This document shows positions 37,515 through 47,981 of a stretch of 64,000 nucleotides of DNA, one piece after another; position 1 is the stretch's first letter; the number at the start of each line of letters is the position of its first letter. The stretch is from NCBI RefSeq assembly GCF_011386835.1, contig NC_088795.1, positions 90,520,001 through 90,584,000 on the forward strand. The letters are read 5' to 3'. The translations under genes and the position numbers were made by a program. The notes under the pieces are model-generated. The model was not told where the DNA came from and did not search any database. It saw nothing but the letters and a program-made list of their open reading frames with translations. This DNA comes from Chrysemys picta bellii (lineage: Eukaryota).

Positions 37515-38328
37515 TGAAATGTGTGTGCAGATAATATTTGAGTTATGTATCTAGAAAGCAAATTATGTTCTTAAGGTCTTGGAGTTAAGGAAGATCACCA
37601 GGAGGTGACATACCTTGGAAATGTTCCTTTCAGGCAGGAGATAACAGACACCTATCACCCTGTCTGGCCATTTGCGTATTGTATGCCTCAGAGTTATGCC
37701 TATTTGCATACTGAGCCACAGGCTAAATCTACAAGACAGGAAGTCTACAAGATGAAACAAACAGCAGGGGGTGTTTATGAGTAAAAAAAAGTGTTGCAAG
37801 GATTTTGGGTGAGCCAAACTCTACAAGACATAAGTGTATCTAGTGACTTAAGTTTAGGATCTAGAATGCATGTTATTATTCTATTTTATATGTAAGCAAT
37901 TTTTTTCAATACTACTACTTGCTATTATTTGAATCTCTATGCTCTGTTAATTAAACTTATATTTGATTTCATTATAAACATACATAAATGCTGTGTGTTA
38001 AGCGGAGTGGTGATCTGAGGTAGAACTGGTGAACTGGGGATTACTGTTTCTTTGGAAGCAGCAAATCTGTGAATTCTGCAAGTGTCCCATGGACCAGAGC
38101 GAGACACTCTAGGATGACGCTCAGAGGTTTCAAGGATAGGGTATGCCAATCGCTAACCTACAGGGTGACAGTGGAGCCAACAAGGCCGAGAGGGGAGTGT
38201 TTGTGTTGCGAATGGCTGGAGGAGCTGGGCAGCTAACTCACGACAGGCACAAACCACGCTTCCTCATGCTAAAGACAGATGGTTGTGAGGTGCCTCACAG
38301 CCCCGAGAGCCCCCAGGAATTGTCATAC
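37515..38328 (+). mobile_element. LTR-like element (solo or partial)
   Basis: Organisation similar to 17510-18176; ends ...GGAATTGTCATA; TSD not found. Confidence 0.45.
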
Positions 38329-40278
38329 ATATATGCCCTGCTGACTGGGGGAGAGTTGCATGGTTTAAAACAGATCTGTAAAACACTGAGGCACTAGACT
38401 CAAAATGGTAATCTCTATGCTATTATATCTGTGGAGAAAAACATTATTACCAGTTTTAGAACACAAGAGCTATTTTGACTTTATTTGAGAAGAACAGACT
38501 CAGCAAGAGATTTCCTTAAATATGAGAAGATAACAAAGAAGTGAAGAAAAACACAAGGCAACAAATTCTATTAAAGGTTTCTGACAAGCAAAGATTGGCA
38601 GCCTTTTAATATTTATTTGGACTTCTATTTTCCAGAAGAGGTTAATAGTAAATTGTTAGTGAATTAGACATAATGATGTAATTACAATAGTTCGGTATGA
38701 TTTACATTGTTCCATATTGTTTTATAGTTTTCAATACTTATATATTTTATCATAATTGCTTGTGGCTTTTGTGGACATTAGTTTAAATTTGTAAAACTTT
38801 GAGGACAATAAAAATCAAGAACAAATTTTGAAAATAATAAATTAAATAGCTCAGTAATTTGATTTGTATGAAATGGGGAACATGAAGAGCTATTTGCATA
38901 CATTAGTAATTATTGTTTATTTAAAAGCACTCTAAAGCTTAGGCATCCAGTAAGGTGCCTCAATTATTTTGCAAGTGTTCCGTGTATGCTTAAATAGATG
39001 GTCATATCATCCTCAGGTCTCCCTACTCATTATCTGCTTCCATCTAAGCACGGTGTACTCTGCATTCTATCAACTAGGTGTGCAGTTGTTATGCTCTTAT
39101 GCTGCAGTTTTAACCTAAAAAGTGACTTTGTAAAAATGGCCTGATGGCTGTCTTGAGTCGTTTTAGATAAAGAGACCTTTTTCTAACTGATAGCCCCACA
39201 AACCCACCCAGTAGGAGTTCAAACCCAATATAATGAAGATAAAAGTACAAACAAAACCGAGTTAGGTTATGCTCTCTTTGTGGCGTACTGGTTTGTGAAG
39301 GTTCAAGTAGAACATAGGAGTTTGTTCAGTGCAAAAGATCAACCATACGACTAAACATGACAAGTTTTATTTATGAAGTAGTAAATACAGTGAATGGGGA
39401 ATAACAGTTTAAGTTGGATCAGTTCCTGTCCTATGTATCTTTCTGTGGCCTTATGGCTGGCAGACTGATCACTCAAGTGCTAATAAGGCCAACATTATCA
39501 GTAAACAAAACAAACAAACAAACATTTGATATTTCTATCAGATATGGGCCTGAACTGACCCACAGATCAAAATATACTTGATCTATGGGGAAGTTCAGAT
39601 CTGGTACCAAACTTTGGTACCTCTATAAAGGGACAAACCAAAACCTAGATCCAAATATCCCTGCGATTTGGGAAAATCTGGCTCTGGATCCGAGCTTTGT
39701 GACTCAGGACCATTACTAATTTCTACAGTAACTTCCATCCACAAGGATCCCAAATCACTTTACAAACTGTAGATACAGAAATCATTCATCCAACATTGAA
39801 ATGCAGTCACTACTGGGATAGAATGGATCAGCTGTTTAACAGCACACAACACTACATAGAAGTTATATACCAGTAGTAAGGAGGGATATTCAATTTAATT
39901 AAAACTGTACAAGTAATTTAGGAAGGCAGAATTAATTACTTCACCAATAATGGAGCGTCTGCAGGCCAAAATTATGCCCCGCCCCACGTTTACAAAGTCA
40001 CTTGAACTTAGGGCTTGTCTACACTACCGCACGGGGTCCATCTAAGATACGCAACTTCAGCTACGTGAATAGCGTAGCTGAAGTTGATGTACTTAGATCT
40101 ACTTACCGCGGTGTCTTCAATGCGGTAAGTTGACAGCTGATGCTCTCCCGTCAACTCCGCTTGCGCTTCTGGTTCTGGTGGAGTGCCGGAGTTGACAGGA
40201 GAGCGCTCAGCGGTCAATTTATTGCATCTATACTAGATGTGTAAAAAGCAACAAAGAGTCCTGTGGCACCTTATAGAC

Positions 40279-40614
40279 CAAGGGTCGGCAACATTCGGCA
40301 TGCGGCTCGCCAGGGTAAGCACCCTGGCGGGCCGGGCCAGTTTTATTTACCTGCTGACGCGGCAGGTTCGGCCGATCGCGGCCCCCACTGGCCGCGGTTT
40401 GCCGTCCCGAGCCAATGGGGGCAGCGAGAAGCCGCGGCCAGCACATTGCTCGCCCGCGCTGCTTCCCGCCGCCCCCATTGGCCCGGGACGGCGAACCGCG
40501 GCCAGTGGGGGCCGCGATCGGCCGAACCTGCCGCGGCAGCAGGTAAATAAAACTGGCCCGGCCCGCCAGGGTGCTTACCCTGGCGAGCCGCATGCCGAAC
40601 GTTGCCGACTCCTG
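40279..40614. mobile_element. Palindromic GC-rich hAT MITE, 336 bp
   Basis: TIR CAAGGGTCGGCAAC / GTTGCCGACTCCTG; perfect 8-bp TSD TTATAGAC; arms of about 150 bp are near-perfect inverted repeats. Confidence 0.93.
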
Positions 40615-40686
40615 TTATAGACTAACAGATGTATTGGAAAATAAGCTTCCGTGGGTGAATACCCACTTAGTCAGACGCAGCCCCAT

Positions 40687-40726
40687 GCGTCTGACGAAGT
40701 GGGTATTCACCCACGAAAGCTTATGC
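40687..40726 (+). ncRNA. Minimal type-I hammerhead ribozyme motif of a Penelope LTR
   Basis: Stem I GCGU/AUGC, core CUGACGA (plus one extra A), stem II GUGGG-uauuca-CCCAC, GAAA, palindromic AGCU stem III, NUH = CUU. Activity untested. Confidence 0.7.
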
Positions 40727-40754
40727 TCCAATACATCTGTTAGTCTATAAGGTG

Positions 40755-41337
40755 TGTGATACAGCATGGCCAGAGGGCAGCAGGAGAGGGTTAGAAGGGA
40801 GCCTTATTCCCTGTACAGGGAAGAAAGTTTGCTATAGATTAATTAAAGCACCTGAAGCCAATTAGAGCACCTGAAGCCAGTCACCTGATAAAAACCCCCT
40901 GCTTCAATCAGACAGGGGAGGAATTGAAGCAGAGAGGATTGATGTTGGAGCAGAGAACAGTTTGGAGGGAAGCAGAGGAAAGTTTGGAGAAGTGCTGCGG
41001 TGGGCTAAGAAGACCAAGACTCTAGGTAAAGGGGCACCTGGCTTGTGCAGAGGGAGGGCAGGAAGCCCCCACAAGCTGAAGGGCAGGAGAGGGAAGTAGC
41101 CCAGGGGAAGGAACCGCTAGTTCAAGTGATTTACCGCTATCCCTATGGCCCCTGGGCTGGGACCCGGAGTACAGAGTGGGCCCGGGTCCCTCCCTCTCCA
41201 CTCCCCTCCTCTAGGACACTAGTGAGGCAGTTAATATTCCAGTTCAGGGGCAAGAAATGGCACCCTGAAACCCCTCCTCCCCCGCCCCAGAAGAAAAAGC
41301 GCGAGACCCATCATAGTAGTGCCGGCAATTTGCCACA
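40755..41337 (+). mobile_element. Solo LTR, 583 bp
   Basis: TG...CA ends; 4-bp TSD GGTG; removing it restores the Penelope sequence CTATAAGGTGCCACAGG. Confidence 0.9.
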
Positions 41338-41782
41338 GGTGCCACAGGACTCTTTGTTGCTTTTTACAGAGCCAGACTAACACGGCTACCCCTCTGATAC
41401 TATACTACATGTGATAAATCGACCCCCGCTGGATCGATCACTGTCCGCTGACCCAGCGGGTAGTGTAGACAAGCCCTTAGAAGTGCAATTTAAGTGCTAC
41501 TTATAGGAAAATTAAATGCACATAAGTTTAATTACCCAGATAAACAATTGCTATTGCCGCTTTTAATCCTCACCATCCACACCTACAGTATTTGAGGGGA
41601 AGTGTCTTCTGCAACGAGATATATTTTTTCCACAATGTAAATCATACTCCCCTGTTTGATAACATATATAATTAAGTATATGTCACCAAAAATACAATAA
41701 GAGCCTGGCTGCTAGTGCTTTTATTCTGTAGAAAATATTGATCTTAGGAAAATAACGGAAAATCATTTCAGTGATTACTTAC

Positions 41783-41838
41783 TCTACAGAGGATTCCAGT
41801 TCTGACAGAGTTAGTCTCAAATTAGCAATTGTTTTTTC
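41783..41838 (-). CDS. CEP135: CEP135 coding exon, EKTIANLRLTLSELESSV(D)
   Basis: 56 nt, phase 0/2; TTTCATAG acceptor, GTAAGT donor; fills the exact gap predicted from human EKAVAQMKIMISECESSVN. Confidence 0.9.
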
Positions 41839-42104
41839 CTATGAAATAAATATTAAATGTATATTACATATTATGCTGCAGAATACCCAGAATAATTCAA
41901 ACTAAGCATAATTTACTTTAAAGTAGCATTTATAAAATCTTTAATTTAACTATTCAGCAATAGGTAACTGGGTTTTTTAAATGTTCAAATTTCCAAACTT
42001 CTTACAATAAAAATGAAACTTAGAACTAATTTAAAATTTGTAGAAGAATGATATCTAGCAGTTAAGGTAAATGGGAGTCAGTAGATGCAGGTTATATCAC
42101 TGGT

Positions 42105-42676
42105 ATGTAAATACCTTGCAATGCCAATTACAACAGTACCATGCAAATGCCTGATCTCAATTTCAAGTGACATTGTAAATAAGAAGCACACAGCATTATC
42201 TCTCATAAATGTAAACAAACTTGTTTGTTTTAGCAATTGGCTGAACAAGAAGTGGGACTGAGTGGACTTGTAGGCTCTAAAGTTTCACATTGTTTTGTTT
42301 TTGAGTGCAGTCATGTAACAAAACAAAACAAAAAATCTACATTTCTAAGTTGCACTTTCATGATAAAGAGATTGCACTACAGTACCTGTAGGAAGTGAAT
42401 TGAAAAATACTGTTTCTTTATCTTTTTTACAGTGCAAATATTTGTAATAAAAAATAATATAAAGTGAGCACTGTACACTTTGTATTCTGTGTTGTAATTG
42501 AAACCAATATATTAAAATCTAGAAAAACATCCAAAAATATTTATAATAAATTTCAATTGATATTCTATTAGTGTTTAATATCATGATTAAAACTGCGATT
42601 AATTGCAATTTTTTTAAATCAAGTTAAATTGTTTTGAGTTAATTGCTTGAGTTAACTGCAATTAATTGACAGTCCT
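42105..42676 (+). mobile_element. Right half of a second copy of the hAT element at 19043-20140
   Basis: Shares GTAAATACCTTGCAATG...AAATGTAAACAAACTTGTTTG and the TIR TTGACAGTCCTA. Confidence 0.85.
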
Positions 42677-42872
42677 AATAAAATTAAACCCTGAGCAGAG
42701 GGCTGGCACAAGACCCTAGGTGCCACTTAAATCTTTAACACAGGGCCTAAGCAATACAAAAGACTTCTGCATCACAACAAAATCTTGTCCTAATTTTTGC
42801 GTACTGCTTTGAGATCCTCAGATGGAAGATACTAATCAAGTGCAATACACTAAGTACTGTTAGTGCACATAC

Positions 42873-43027
42873 CTTATTAGCTAAGTTGTCATCTAAACAT
42901 GCAATTCTTTCTGTCTTTTCATCTACAGTTTCCTGAAGACTGTCCTTTTCCTTATCCAGGACACTAATGGTACTTCTGAGCACATTCACGGTCTCATCCT
43001 GTGAAGAGCTCTTATGGTTTAACCTAT
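42873..43027 (-). CDS. CEP135: CEP135 coding exon, DRLNHKSSSQDETVNVLRSTISVLDKEKDSLQETVDEKTERIACLDDNLANK
   Basis: 155 nt, phase 1/0; TTACAG acceptor, GTATGT donor; DKEKDxLQETVDEKTE matches CEP135. Confidence 0.96.
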
Positions 43028-43103
43028 CTGTAAGAGAAGAAATGGGTGTTTTTGTTGGTTTAAATAAAGAAGATTAATGCAAACAAGAATATGAAGTGAT
43101 TAC

Positions 43104-43219
43104 CTATTTTCTCCTCTAGCTTTGCAATTTCCTCTTGAGCTGATTGAAGTTCATCCTTTTTAAGAGAGGATTGGTGCTGAAGATCTTCAAGGGACCTCCG
43201 TAGTTGTTCATTTAAAAGC
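43104..43219 (-). CDS. CEP135: CEP135 coding exon, LLNEQLRRSLEDLQHQSSLKKDELQSAQEEIAKLEEKI(D)
   Basis: 116 nt, phase 2/1; TTTCTCAG acceptor, GTAATC donor; coiled-coil heptads; resembles human IVNEQLQRSVDDYQHRLSIKRGELESAQAQIKILEEKI. Confidence 0.93.
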
Positions 43220-44332
43220 CTGAGAAATCAACAGTCAGTTGAAAATACAAGACTCTAATATTTCAAATACATTCTTTGATCAAACTATCAAAAAATTTGA
43301 GAAACTGAAAGGATTATCTAAACCATCGCTCTGTGGGATTGTTTTGATCAGCCAAAGTTATTTTCATCATCTCAATAAACCAGAACAAATGCAAATAATA
43401 AAACCAAAATGCCAGTTTTGCAAGAGGAAAAAGATAAGTGGCTGGATTTTCAAAGTAGCACAGCAACTAGAAATCCCACTGAAGTCAACAGGAGCGTATC
43501 TTTAAAAAAAATTAGTTTATAGTATTTGTTTTGTAGAAAGACATTGCTGTAAGCCAACATTGAGCAGAACAAAACCTTGTAAAAGTGTCTTGAGTAACAA
43601 CTGACATTTAAATTTGTACATTTAAATCTTTGTACTGAAAAATTTACAATATCCATATTTATCTTACCCCCTCCATAAATAACCGTTATAATTATGAGGA
43701 ATTTATTAAACAAGAATTTGTCACTTGAATGAAGACTTCTCTCACTGTTTTATCAACAAGCACATTTAACTTTCTGAAGATTTTCAAGAAAATTATCTAC
43801 CAGTACAGAAGTTCTCAAAACTTTATCAGTTTAACAGTGACTATACACATCTCTCCCTATTCATACCAAGCAACTCTATACAACTACAGCAGTTGCTTAT
43901 ATAGAATACTGGTAATGGGGAAGTATTTAGTGATTTTTAACCATTGTTAGTGGCTCAATCCTGGAGGGTGGCTCTTGTGTTAAGCAAGGGATATCCTCTA
44001 CATTTTCATCTGTTTTTCATGACATCCAGTCTCCTCTTCACAATGAGGAGACACAGATGTCTGGAGGAGCAACTGAAAACAAGGGGGTGGGGTCAACTGT
44101 CTGAACCACCAGTAAATGCTCTAGGGACCACAGTTTCCAAATGGTCGTGTTAGTAATATGTCACAGAAGCATGGTACTGACGTTATAGTTAAAAGCTGCA
44201 TTGAGTGTTCTATTGTAAGTCTTATTTTCATACACTCCTCTCACCTTTTGATCTGAGTGAGCAATTTGTTTAAAATTTCTGTGTGTAATTCTACATGGAA
44301 ATTTTTGTCAAGATAATTTCATTTAAAAAAAA

Positions 44333-44495
44333 GGTTACATATTCAGTAACTGTTGTTCTTCAAGATGGTTGCACAGGTCCATTCACTTCAGGTGCCTGCA
44401 TGCCCATGCACTGGAGCCAGAAAAAACTTTTTCCCATAGCGGTACTGGTTAGGGCAGCACATGCACTCTAACATGCTCATGCTGTTAGCCCAGAG
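44333..44495 (-). mobile_element. DIRS1-like copy E, right terminus and ITR (continues at 51378)
   Basis: GGTTACATATTCAGTAACTGTTGTTCTTCAAGATG resembles the copy D terminus; the sequence rejoins 51378 across the TA duplication. Confidence 0.82.
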
Positions 44496-44896
44496 TACAG
44501 TAACTCCTCGCTTAACGTTGTAGTTATGTTCCTGAAAAATGTGACTTTAAGCAAAACGATGTTAAGCGAATCCAATTTCCCCATAAGAATTAATGTAAAT
44601 GGGGGGTTTAGGTTCCAGGGAAATTTTTTTCACCAGACAAAAAAAACCAAACAAACGGTTACTCACCTTTTGTAACTGTTGTTCTTCGAGATGTGTTGTT
44701 CATGTCCATTCCAAGCAGGTGTGCGCGCGCCGCATGCACGCCAGCCGGAAGATTTTACCATAGCAGCGTCCGTAGGGTCGGCTTTGGCGCCCCCTGGAGT
44801 GGCGCCTTCATGGCTCCATATATAGGAGCTCGCCAAACCTCCACCCCCTCAGTTCCTTCTTGCCGGCACTCCGACAGAGGGGCAGGAGGGTGGGTA

Positions 44897-45001
44897 TTGG
44901 AATGGACATGAACAACACATCTCGAAGAACAACAGTTACAAAAAGGTGAGTAACCGTTTTTTCTTCTTCGAGTGATTGTTCATGTCCATTCCAAGCAGGT
45001 G
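44897..45001. repeat. Internal complementary region (ICR) of DIRS copy D
   Basis: First part is the reverse complement of 44657-44715 (one A more in a homopolymer); the last 41 nt are the exact reverse complement of 50593-50633; joined by GTTTT. Confidence 0.95.
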
Positions 45002-45017
45002 ACTCACAAGCCTGAAC

Positions 45018-46815
45018 CTAGGCGGTGCGGTCTGAGGTCACTGCTGACTGGAGTACTACGCGGCCAAAGGCTGCACCATCTCTGGCCTGGTGCGTGATGG
45101 CATAGTGCGCCGTAAAAGTGTGGATTGAAGACCACGTGGCCGCTCTACAAATTTCCTGCGTCGGGACCTGTGCCAGGAATGCAGCGGAGGAGGCCTGCGC
45201 TCTTGTGGAGTGGGCCATGATAGGCGGGGCCGTTATGTTAGCCCGACGGTAGCATTCTCGGATGCAGGTTTTGATCCAAGAGGAGATCTGCTGTGACGAG
45301 ACCGGGAGCCCTTTCATCCCGTCAGCCACAGCAACAAAAAGTTGGGTTGATTTCCTGAAGGGTTTAGTCCTTTCAATGTAGAATGCCAGGGCCCTGCGAA
45401 CGTCCAGGGAGTGCATCCTACGCTCCTTAGCGGAGGAGTGTGGCTTCGGATAGAAGACCAGGAGAAAAATGTCTTGACACATGTGAAACTGGGAGACCAC
45501 CTTCGGAAGGAATGCAGGGTGCGGCCTGAGTTGGATCTTGTCTTTGTAGCAGACAGTGTATGGAGGCTCTGATGTCAGTGCTCTGAGCCTCTCCTGGCTG
45601 ATGTGATAGCCACTAGAAATGCGACCTTATACGAAAGATATATAACAGCGAGCACGAAGTCAGAGGCTCGAAAGGTGGCCCTGTGAGGGCGGACAGGACC
45701 AAATTGAAGTCCCAAGCCGGGACTGGTTGACAAGTATGCGGGAACAGTTTGTCCAGGCCCTTGAGGAAGCGACTAACCAATGGGTTTGCAAAGACTGAGC
45801 TACCTCCCGCTCCAGGGTGGAACGCTGAGATAGCCGCCAAGTGGACTCGAACCGAAGAGGGGGAGAGTCCTAATTGTCTCAGATGAAGCAAATAGTCCAG
45901 TATGAGAGGGATCGGGGCGAGCAAAGGAGCCTGTCCCCGCTGTTTGGCCCAGATGGAGAAGCGCTTCCACTTGGACATGTACATGGTCCTGGTGGAGGGT
46001 TTTCTACTACTGAGAAGGACCTGCCTGACCTGATGAGAGCATTGCATCTCCACAGGCTTTAGCCATGGAGCATCCAGGCTGTGAGGTGGAGCGACTCTAG
46101 ATTCGGGTGACATAGGCGACCCCAGTCCTGTGTGATCAAGTCTGGGAGCAGGGGCAGCCTGAGGGGCGCCCGTATAGACATGTGCAGGAGCAACATGTAC
46201 CAATGTTGGCGCGGCCAGGCCGGCGCTATCAGGATGACACGAGCGTGATCCCTGCGAGCCTTGAGGATTACCCTGTGAACCATGGGAATCGGGGGGAAAG
46301 CGTAAAGTAGGCAGTCTTCCCAGGAGAGGAGGAAGGCATCCGTCAGGGACCCCGGACTGCGTCCCATGAGGGAGCAGAATTGCTGATACTTCCTGTTCTC
46401 TCTCTCGGCAAACAGGTCTATCTGGGGATGGCCCCTGAGCCGGAAAATTGAGAGTACTACATCCCGGCAGATAGACCACTCGTGACTGTGAAACGAGCGG
46501 CTGAGAGCGTCCGCTAGCCCATTCTGCTTTCCCGGTAGGTAGGATGTGGTCAGGTGAATTGCGTTCTGTACACAAAAGTCCCATAATGCGAGGGCTTCCC
46601 GGCACAGGGGAGAGGAGCGTGCACCACCCTGTTTGTTGATATAGAACATCGCTGGTGTGTTGTCCGTAAGGACAGAAACACACCTGCCTGAGAGGTGCGG
46701 TTTGAAGGTCATGCATGCTAGACGCACCGCTCGTAACTCCCTGACGATGTGTAAAGAAAGGTCCTCTTGTGACCAAAGACCTTGGGTTCTGAGGTTCCCC
46801 AGATGCGCTCCCCAC
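45018..46815 (-). pseudogene. DIRS ORF3 tyrosine recombinase, frameshifted near 45590-45640, overlapping ORF2 in another frame
   Basis: RKPSTRTMY..KWKRF, SSVRVHLAAISAFH, WDFNLVL; AHSTRAQASS..RAATWSSIHTFTAHY carries the HxxR, W and catalytic Y positions. Confidence 0.92.
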
Positions 46816-47981
46816 CCCAGATCCGACACATCCATTACCAGGGATAGAGAGGGCTGGGGGCTGAGAAAGGGTACTCCCGCGCAGACCTCCTGTGGGTCAA
46901 GCCACCAGTGGAGGGAATCCAGCATCGGGCGAGGGAGCGTTACTACTGAGTCTAGGGAGTCCCTGGCCAGCCGGTACACCTTTGCCAACCAGGACTGGAG
47001 CCGGTGCAGTCTGAGCCTGGCGTGGCCCACCACATAAGTGCACGCCGCCATGTGACCCATTAACTTGAGGCAATTTCTTGCTGTAGTGGTAGGGTAACAT
47101 TGGAGACAGAGAATAATGTCGGACATGGTCCGGAACCTGGTCTCTGGGAGGTACACTCTGGCATGTGTTGAGTCCAGGACCGCCCCTATAAATTCTATTC
47201 TTTGGGTTGCAGATAGTGTGGACTTGGCCTCATTCAGTAGGAGGCGGAGCTCGAGAAAAGTCTTCCTGATGAAGACCACCTGAGCCTCCACCTGTTCTTT
47301 GGCACGGCCCTTGATGAGCCAATTGTCCAGGTAGGGAAACATCTAAATTCCCTGCTTGCGCAGGAAGGCTGCCACGACTGCCATGCACTTTGTGAAGACC
47401 CTTGGGGCTGCTGACAGTCCGAAGGGTAGAACTGTAAACTGAAGATGGGCATTGCCTACGACGAATCTGAGGGATTGCGCCTGTGCTGAGGGATTATTAT
47501 GATATGAAAGTATGTGTCCTTTAAGACGAGAGCGGCATACCAGTCTCCTGGATCCATGGAAGGTATGATGGAGGATAGGGAGACCATGCGGAACTTGAGC
47601 TTTTTTACAAACTTGTTTAGACACCGCAAGTCCAGAATAGGTCTGAGGTCCCCTTTCGCTTTCGGTATTAGGAAATAGAGAGGAATAGAAGCCCCTGCCC
47701 CTGGACTCCTGAGGAACTTCCTCCACTGCCCCTACTGCGAGGAGGGACTGCACTTCCTGAATTAGAAGTTGCTCATGAGAGGGGTCCCTGAAGAGGGACG
47801 AGGAGGGGGGCTGGTGGGGCGGGAGGGAGGAGAACTGGATAGAATATCCCCTCTCTACCGTGCAGAGTACCCAACTGTCCGACCGATGTGATTTGGGCCC
47901 AAGCACGATAGAAGGGGGACAGACGTGACAAAAAGGTAGGGTTGGACAGATCCAGAGTTGTGACCCAGACCGTCCCATCAA
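46059..47981 (-). pseudogene. DIRS ORF2: RT, RNase H and adenine methyltransferase-like domain
   Basis: FTVLPFGLSAAPRVFTK; GI*MFPYLDNW (stop at 47343-47345, YLDD changed to YLDN); MDVSDLGWGAH, ELRAV, LTDNT, YINKQGG; IDLFA and LYAFPP. Confidence 0.92.

Larger units (their letters stand above)
40241..41400. mobile_element. Penelope-like head-to-head inverted LTR fragments (about 230 bp once nested inserts are removed)
   Basis: Arm 40241-40680 is the reverse complement of arm 40686-41400; 12-bp TSD TATACTAGATGT/TATACTACATGT. Confidence 0.85.
40011..41476. mobile_element. Harbinger-type MITE, outer shell of a four-level nest
   Basis: Perfect TIR GGGCTTGTCTACACTA / TAGTGTAGACAAGCCC; TTA TSD at 40008-40010 and 41477-41479. 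Confidence 0.93.

Noticed and set aside
40228-40620. Three overlapping 95-127 aa ORFs on both strands
   Set aside because: Stop-poor GC-rich palindromic MITE; near-identical ORFs on both strands reflect the palindrome.
40241-41400. Repeat-spacer-like or CRISPR-like arrangement
   Set aside because: Eukaryotic context; fully explained by nested TEs with TSDs.
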